DNA of 15,597 nucleotides, taken from Octopus sinensis. Its lineage: Eukaryota. The notes below the pieces were generated by a model, which was not told where the DNA came from, did no database searches, and was given only the letters and a program-made list of their open reading frames with translations. Positions 9,046-15,597 of the stretch are shown here, piece by piece. Every line of letters begins with the position of its first letter. The stretch's first letter is position 1. The stretch lies in NCBI RefSeq assembly GCF_006345805.1, contig NW_021825511.1:1-15597 (forward strand). Direction: 5' to 3'. The translations under genes were made by a program, and so were the position numbers.

Positions 9046-9438
9046 AACCAATAAGTCAAAGAAGGCTAAGTTGCTATATGTTGTTACACAACCCAACCTT
9101 TTGTAAAATGGAGGATGTTTTTCACGTGTTTAATATTTGTTTTTCTAAAACTCCTGTATTGCTTCACTCATTGTTTATTTGCAACTTCTAAAGGTTGATG
9201 TACTTTAGTCCTGCTTTATTACTTTCCAAACAATGTATTTTCTCTAAATCTTATCCGTTAAGGCTTAAAGAGTTTGCACATACTTGCCAGCGACTTACTC
9301 AAGGCTCCACAAGTCTTTACGCCATCGCTTGAACTGCTAGAATGAACAGTCAAATATCCTTTAAACGTTACCTTACAGCTTTATACATAGATTAATATGG
9401 TTAATCCGTTTAAGCTAAATTTAACATTTTTCAAATTT

Positions 9439-9616
9439 CGTCACAACGCCAACAATTTTAAGAAGGGAGGAAAGTCAATTACCTCGACGCCAGGGTTCAA
9501 CTGAGACTAATTTTAACCAACTCCGAAAGGATAATAGGCAAAACTCGACCTTGGCCGAAACAACTGCCACTAAATGTTTTGCCCGACTCGCTAACGATTC
9601 TGCCGGCTCCCCACCT
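9439..9616 (-). mobile_element. tRNA-derived SINE, family B, with the B-box region deleted
   Basis: The reverse complement aligns with 10125-10320. They share the exact 12-mer GCAGAATCGTTA (9592-9603 vs 10136-10147). Confidence 0.72.
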
Positions 9617-10124
9617 TTCAAACTTCTAAAATTAACAGCCAGCTCTCTCTAAATGTTACTTCACAGTTTTATAAATAGATAAATGCATTGGATTAAGTAG
9701 ACCTAAATGTAATCCACCAGAATAAAAGAGAAGATGGCTTCGGTTTTATTGAAAAAATGTAAATACAACACAGTCTCATTCTTAGAAAAAAAAAGTTGCC
9801 AGCGCCATTTTGTTTGCATGTCAATATAATTAGTTTTGCTGGGAAGTTTGTTAACTTAGCTGTTATCTGCTTGACAAGAAGAGATTCTAAATAGAATCGA
9901 AATTACACCGCAATATATTTGTTTCTGAAAACGTGTTCTCATTAACATGGAGTTTAAGCCAAAAACATTTTTCGCAGCAAGACAAAGTTTTGTTTATTTA
10001 CATTAACCGAACGAATGAGATTCTATCTTTTTCATATAAAGTATCATTAACTTTGGTTATAGTTTATGAAAATAATAAGACAATTTGTTACCAACGGAAT
10101 GTTTATAAGGCATAAAGAGCTAAT

Positions 10125-10330
10125 GCGGCGTACCAGCAGAATCGTTATCACTTCGGACAAAATGCTTATCGACATTTCTTCCGGCTTTTTACGTCCTGAG
10201 TTCAAATCTCGCTGAGGTCAACTTTTCCTTTCATCTCTTTAGGGTCGATAAAATATAATGCCAGTCATATACTCGGGTGGATGAAACCGACTTGTCCCCT
10301 ACCCTCAAAATTTCTGGCTTTGAACCCTGT
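10125..10330 (+). mobile_element. tRNA-derived SINE, family B (octopus OK-type), near full length
   Basis: A-box-like CAGCAGAATCG at ~10134-10144 and B-box GAGTTCAAATC at 10198-10208, then GAGGTCAACTTTTCCTTTCATC...GGGTCGATAAA. Homologous to 9439-9616 and 7271-7362. Confidence 0.8.
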
Positions 10331-10444
10331 AATGTACCGATGTCCTGTTCATCGGGAATATTAAGATTTCGGTCATTTAAATGCCATGACAACCCGCTAG
10401 GTGGCCTCTTGAGTCCTAAAGCCCATTAAAAGAAAACTATGGAC

Positions 10445-10589
10445 GCAACAAGGTCAAAAAGTTCGCTTCGAAATCATGAGGTCTGGAGTTCGATTCCATT
10501 ATGAAGCATCTTTACCGAATGTCTTTTACAGTTACCTAAATTAGCTTTGTAAGACGGAAACAGTGTAGAAGGAAACTGTACGGAAACCC
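10445..10589 (+). mobile_element. Decayed 5' part of a family A SINE
   Basis: B-box GAGTTCGATTCC at 10486-10497. Downstream AATGTCTTTTAC and GGAAACTGTACGGAAACCC parallel 5993-6005 and 6050-6069. Confidence 0.6.
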
Positions 10590-10631
10590 AAACTATAAGA
10601 TTGACCTTAAAATTCCAAAGTATAGCTTCCT

Positions 10632-10742
10632 CCCTGTGTCAGGCTGATTCCATTTGAGAAATACGTTAAGAGCGCACATGCCTGTGGAATATTCAGTCAC
10701 TTGTATGCTGACTCAATGAGAAGGGAGCTCGATGTTGACGGA
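10632..10742 (+). mobile_element. 3' part of a probable third SINE family
   Basis: Resembles the recalled octopus SINE tail CTGTGTCACGCTGAATCTCCCTGAGAACTACGTTAAGGGTACAC...CTGTGGAGTGCTCAGCCACTTG. No second copy in the window to confirm it. Confidence 0.45.
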
Positions 10743-10873
10743 GATCCATTTATACCTAAATGAGAAAACGAGTATAAAATAAGGCATGAAATACCTGAAG
10801 AAAATCTTGTCGTTGTGTGTTTTAATGTCAAACAATTTAATCTACACAAAAATTGCATAAAAGTAGATTCTTC

Positions 10874-10932
10874 TGAAGGCCGTGCTCCAGCAAGGCCATA
10901 GCTGTGATGGCTACAACAAACTAAAGAACTAA
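10874..10932 (+). mobile_element. 3' tail of a family A SINE
   Basis: GAAGGCCGTGCTCCAGCAAGGCCATAG...ACAAACTAAAGAACTAAA parallels 6268-6323. Confidence 0.55.
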
Positions 10933-11102
10933 ATGTACCGTGGTTTGTAAGACACGATGTGTTCAGCTCACTTCTAAAACTTTGAAGAGAATCCTTTATA
11001 CTTTTTTTTTAAATTTCGTTGTCAAAATATACCTGGGCATCCAGCGAAAACAGTACAGAATGAAATAAGCTCGAAAAATGAAGACCCAAGAGAAATGAAA
11101 CA

Positions 11103-11118
11103 ATATATATATATTTAC

Positions 11119-11197
<79 letters not shown>

Positions 11198-11264
11198 ATA
11201 TGTATATGTATATGTATGGATGTATGCATGTATATATGTATGTACATGTATTTACACGCACACA

Positions 11265-11301
<37 letters not shown>
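11103..11301. repeat. Compound (TA)n-(TG)n-(TATATG)n-(TA)n simple repeat
   Basis: Read directly. Confidence 0.93.
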
Positions 11302-11302
<1 letters not shown>

Positions 11303-12057
11303 TAACTTGACTAAATGGATTGACGAATAACTACTTATGGAGAATAGCACTGTCCTGTGTCTCCCCTTTTGTTCAAAGGTCTTGCTTTAATCTGCCATCT
11401 TAAGTTTCACCATTTTTTTTATATATCTCCAAAGGGACATATTTATTATCTCAAGAACTTGTTGATTATATTTGGGTACATGTAACATATCCATTTCATA
11501 TCTTTATTCAGCTCAATGGAAATAGCCCACCTACCAATATTTATAATTAAAATATATCCAATTGTGACCCTTCATATAACTTCATCAAGGCATGCAGAAC
11601 TGGTAGTTTAGATCGCCATTTAAGTGTGTGTGCGTGTAAATACATACACAGACACAAAAACAGGCACACACACAAACACACATGTATATTTATATATACA
11701 CACATATATACATATATACACACATGCACACATATAGTTGCTTGTAATGATATGCGCATAACCATACATAGACCCATACATACATGCATCACACCCACGC
11801 GTGCGCACAACATCATGCACAGGCTAAATTATACAAGTACATGCACCGATTCACCAATATCAAATCTCCATGTGCAATGTCCTCATCATTCTGCTCTTCA
11901 ATATCTATAAAGCTGAAATGCAAAAAGTTTGTCTGATTTTGCGATTGGAACGGGTTAAGGGGCACTAGATGGGGTCGAATTGGCTCCAAAATTTAGAGAG
12001 ACATGTAAAAAGAAGCGAGGAAGTGAGTGGACTAGGTTAGAAATCTCAAAAGCCGTG

Positions 12058-12071
12058 GTTACTAGGGCAAC
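12058..12071 (-). promoter_or_regulatory. RFX X-box consensus match (GTTGCCCTAGTAAC)
   Basis: Fits GTNRCC-N2-RGYAAC exactly. Function unshown. Confidence 0.25.
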
Positions 12072-12364
12072 AAAACCCACTTTCACAAGTGTTTGTCGCT
12101 TCGCTCTTTTTTATATCACCCTCTCTTCCTATCTCTCTCTCTCTTTCCTCCCTTCCCTCCACTTCTGTTTATAACGACGTTTGACAGCTGCGCCGTCTCC
12201 CTGTCACTCTTTCTCCCACCACCTCTCTCACTGTACGTCTGTCTGTATCTTATAGAGAGAAAGCGTTGACAGCCGCAAAAGTTTAAATATTCCCGCTACA
12301 GGTCTTTTAGAATGGTGAATTATTATCGCCCACCACCACCGCACAATCATTAAATATATTAATC

Positions 12365-12467
12365 ATATATAATGTGTTAATTTATATATATGTGTATGTA
12401 TATAAATATATATATATAATGTGTATACATATATATATAATGTGTATACATATATATATATATATGC

Positions 12468-12521
<54 letters not shown>

Positions 12522-12545
12522 GTATGTATATATATATAATGTGTG
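12365..12545. repeat. TA/TG compound microsatellite
   Basis: Read directly. Confidence 0.92.
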
Positions 12546-12772
12546 CATATGTGGTCGGATTGAGTTGAAAATATGCACACCTATGCTAAATGTGCTAGCG
12601 AGTTTGCATGGCAACTTTGAGTTTGCTCAATTGAAATGCATGGCCACTAGGGCAAAATTCTTCATCTTTTAAAATGTGGCCCGCGTAGACCAGAATGAAA
12701 TCCGGTTATAATACCGAAACAAGTAAAACAATAATAAACTATTTTAATCCCGAGCAAGGCCGTGTATATCTG

Positions 12773-13290
12773 TCTAATGTATAAAATGAAAAAGGCGAAC
12801 GTTGATACAAATTGATTTTTTTATGAAAAAAGGGGGTTAAATGGAGCTGGAAGGAGATTAAAATTTACAGGAGTGGGTAACTTGAGGTGATAAATTGATT
12901 GGGATATATTTTAGGGCGCTACAGTGGTTGCTTTGGTGTTTAAACGGGGATTTTATTGATTTGGGGGCGACTTGAGGGTCTAGATTGAAAACCTTTTGCT
13001 CGATTTCAATCAAAGTTTCAACATGGTAAAGTGGAAGAGGATTTGTAATTTCAACGCGGAAATCTAATTTTTTTTTATAAATGGGAGAGAGATAGATAGA
13101 GAAAGATAGAGAGTAAGAGAAATCGAGGGAGAGTCCGAGAGAAGGGAAGAGTAAGAGAGTGGGAAAGTGAGAGAGAAAGGAGAGAGAAACAAAAAGGGAG
13201 AATGTGGTGATAAGGAACAGAAAGGAAGCAACAGAAAGTAACAACCACACCCTCACCCGCACGTAGAGCGGGTCACCTTAAGCGAGTCTA
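12773..13290 (+). mobile_element. Candidate non-autonomous Helitron 2, abutting Helitron 1
   Basis: 5' TCTAATGTATAAAATGAAAA. 3' GC hairpin ACCCGC-ACGTAGA-GCGGGT (13255-13273), followed by CGAG|T (13283-13286, possibly a decayed CTAG) or CTAA (13288-13291). Internal GA-rich tract. Confidence 0.45.
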
Positions 13291-13372
13291 ACAACTATTT
13301 TCAGACGCTAAACCATCGAAAGACGCACAAACATAACAATAAGCCTACAATTTAAACGCGCGCCGCGCGAGC

Positions 13373-13375
<3 letters not shown>

Positions 13376-13406
<31 letters not shown>

Positions 13407-13497
13407 TCGCGCATGTGTGTGTGCGTTCGCGCATGTGTGTGTGTGTGTGTGTGCGTTCGCGCATGTGTGTGTGTGTGTGTGTGTGTATGTATATATA
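13376..13497. repeat. (GT)n tract interrupted three times by GCGTTCGCGCAT
   Basis: Units at 13403, 13423 and 13453. Confidence 0.92.
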
Positions 13498-13989
13498 TGT
13501 TTCTACTCCCTGCACAGACCATAATTGCACGAGTTTCTGTTACCAAACAAATACCAGTCTTGAGTGAACACCATAATGTACATTACCTTAACAGACACAC
13601 AGACAGACATATAGACAGACACACGGACAAACAGACAAGCAAGCATGCAAAAAAAAAATTACCGTTTTTTACTTAGTAATTGGGTATCATCTTGCTGCTA
13701 ACAATATACATCAACACGCCATCAGGCGTATTCTCGGCTCATATATTGTCTCTTATGAGCTCTGTATAAACATGGACGTCTTCTAAGCGGGTGTGAGGGT
13801 ACACCACGCGTGTATGCAAAGGCGTGCGGTAACGCGTATGTGTGTTTGTATTGTATATAATGTGAATGCGTACGTGTGTGTGTGTGTGGTTATGAATACA
13901 TTTATCTATATTCCTGTGGTTATCTATATCTAAATCTCTGTCGATTATATGTACACATAGACACCCCCTCCATCCCTTGCACACAGACA

Positions 13990-14135
13990 CAAAAAGATTT
14001 AATATACTTATATGTATGGATGGATGTGTGCATGTATTTATATATCATACATACATATATGTGTGTATTATATATATATATATATATATAATATATATAT
14101 AACATACATACATACATACTACATACATATATACG

Positions 14136-14215
<80 letters not shown>

Positions 14216-14375
14216 TAAACGTATGTATGCAACATATATGTTGCATAAGTGTGCACATACATAAGTGTGCACATACATAAGTGTGCACACACACTCACAG
14301 TTATTTTATGTATATGTATACGTGTATATGTATATATTCGTGTATTTGCATACATAATATATTCATGAATAGATG

Positions 14376-14427
<52 letters not shown>

Positions 14428-14930
14428 ATATATATACATATATACACACACACATATGTACATATATATATATGTGTGCGTGTGTGTGTGTGTGTGTGTG
14501 TATGAATAAACAGTAATATATGTGTGTGAATACAAGCATATAGATAGAAATAGATACACCTAGATTTATTATTTGACATATTCAAAAGTATAAGGTGCAT
14601 TTCTGTGTGTATGTGTATGTATACATGTATATATGTATGTATATATATATGCATGTATAAAAATATATGTATGTATGGATATGTATTATAGATAGATATA
14701 CATATATACATATATATACACATATATTTGTACTTATACGCATAAATTTATATATATATATATACATATATATAAGCATGTATATGTGCATATATGTATA
14801 TTTATGTGTATTTATGTGCATATTTATATATATATATATATATAAAACTTATGCGTATATGTGTGTGCTTACAAATGAACATGCGTGTTTGTGTGTTTGT
14901 GTGTGTGTATGTGTATAAATGTGGACGTCT
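13990..14930. repeat. Long TA/TG/CA-rich simple-repeat mosaic
   Basis: Read directly; includes a pure (TA)n at ~14138-14212. Confidence 0.9.
14245..14289. repeat. 16-bp tandem repeat ATAAGTGTGCACATAC x2.8
   Basis: Units at 14245, 14261 and 14277. Confidence 0.92.
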
Positions 14931-15324
14931 GTGCTTGCGCGTGCGTAGTAATATATGCGTTGGAAGGTATGTATTTACCGCCGATGTACTTTAAACTCTT
15001 TAAAGCTATGCCAAGTCCATCAGAAATATCAGACCATCAGACTTTCAGACTACGAACGCAATACACACATATATGTACGTGTTTGCGTGTGTCGGTGCGT
15101 GTGTATCTGTAACCTCTTGAATCTCATCTATTCAGAAGTCACTCATCAACTCCACTTTATTAACTATTAGCCTCGGTAATGATTGCATTGCGCCATCAGC
15201 CGTCGACTGGAGATGAAGATTATGTGTTGTCATAACTTGAGTGTTCTGTTATTAATCCTATTAATCCAGAGTCGCTCATAGCGAAAGGCTACTTTGGAAT
15301 GTCTCAGATTTCTAGTAAGTGTGC

Positions 15325-15460
15325 ATGTGATATATATATTTATGTATGTTTTTTATATTACATACATACACACACACACATATAATACATATATGTGTAA
15401 TACATACATACACACACACACCGTACATATATATATGCGCTTGCTGATGGATATATATAC
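15325..15460. repeat. TA/CA compound simple repeat
   Basis: Read directly. Confidence 0.85.
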
Positions 15461-15597
15461 TTCCTAAATATTTTGACTATTCCTATTCTATGCACTATAA
15501 AACCTGAACCAAACACAGGTCTTCAGCACCAAGCCATCCCACTCCGCCTAGGAATGGTATATACGAATCCGGGTAATTGTAGTCTTAGACATATGGC

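Larger units (their letters stand above)
11904..12777 (+). mobile_element. Candidate non-autonomous Helitron 1
   Basis: 5' end A|TCTATAAAGCTGAA...GTTTGTCTG. 3' end has a degraded hairpin CCCGAGCAAGGCCGTG (12749-12764), then CTAA|T (fits CTRR). A/T target with no target-site duplication. Internal CT-rich and TA/TG microsatellites, no coding capacity. Confidence 0.5.

Noticed and set aside
9299-9339. Minus-strand exon candidate ending TGA|GTAAGT
   Set aside because: Moderate acceptor, unrecognisable peptide and the opposite strand to the other candidates. Such site pairs are expected by chance.
10125-10210. tRNA gene
   Set aside because: A and B boxes are present but no cloverleaf can be formed, and it continues into a SINE body with homologues in the window.
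12858-13262. 134-aa minus-strand ORF resembling a membrane protein
   Set aside because: The L/S/F-rich half is a translated CT tract, and it lies inside the putative non-autonomous Helitron with no Rep/helicase motifs.
13739-15170. Many 66-140-aa ORFs in the 3' part of the window
   Set aside because: All are I/Y/C/V/M/H/T-dominated translations of simple repeats.

Overview
Eukaryotic, AT-rich, non-coding-looking DNA. It is most likely intronic or intergenic sequence from an octopus or other coleoid cephalopod, judged from recalled SINE family sequences and the extreme microsatellite density; the species is inferred, not verified. I can support no intact protein-coding gene: almost every supplied ORF is a translation of (TA)n, (CA)n, (TACA)n or (GATA)n tracts. 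Mobile-element content: a frameshifted 3' fragment of a restriction-like-endonuclease (R4/Dong-type) LINE at 2459-2838, a short RTE-like LINE end at 5271-5372 (-), several decayed tRNA-derived SINE copies from at least two families, and probably two head-to-tail non-autonomous Helitrons at 11904-13290. Structural oddities: a ~155-bp loopless palindrome, a ~120-bp three-hairpin module embedded in (TA)n, a 61-nt pre-miRNA-like hairpin, a 270-bp element with 47-bp inverted arms, and a 2.1-copy ~400-bp tandem duplication carrying an exon-like cassette. A few small + strand exon candidates suggest, but do not prove, a host gene. I found no clearly new biological system. The best leads are the structured elements at 1011-2040, the duplicated cassette and the Helitron tandem.
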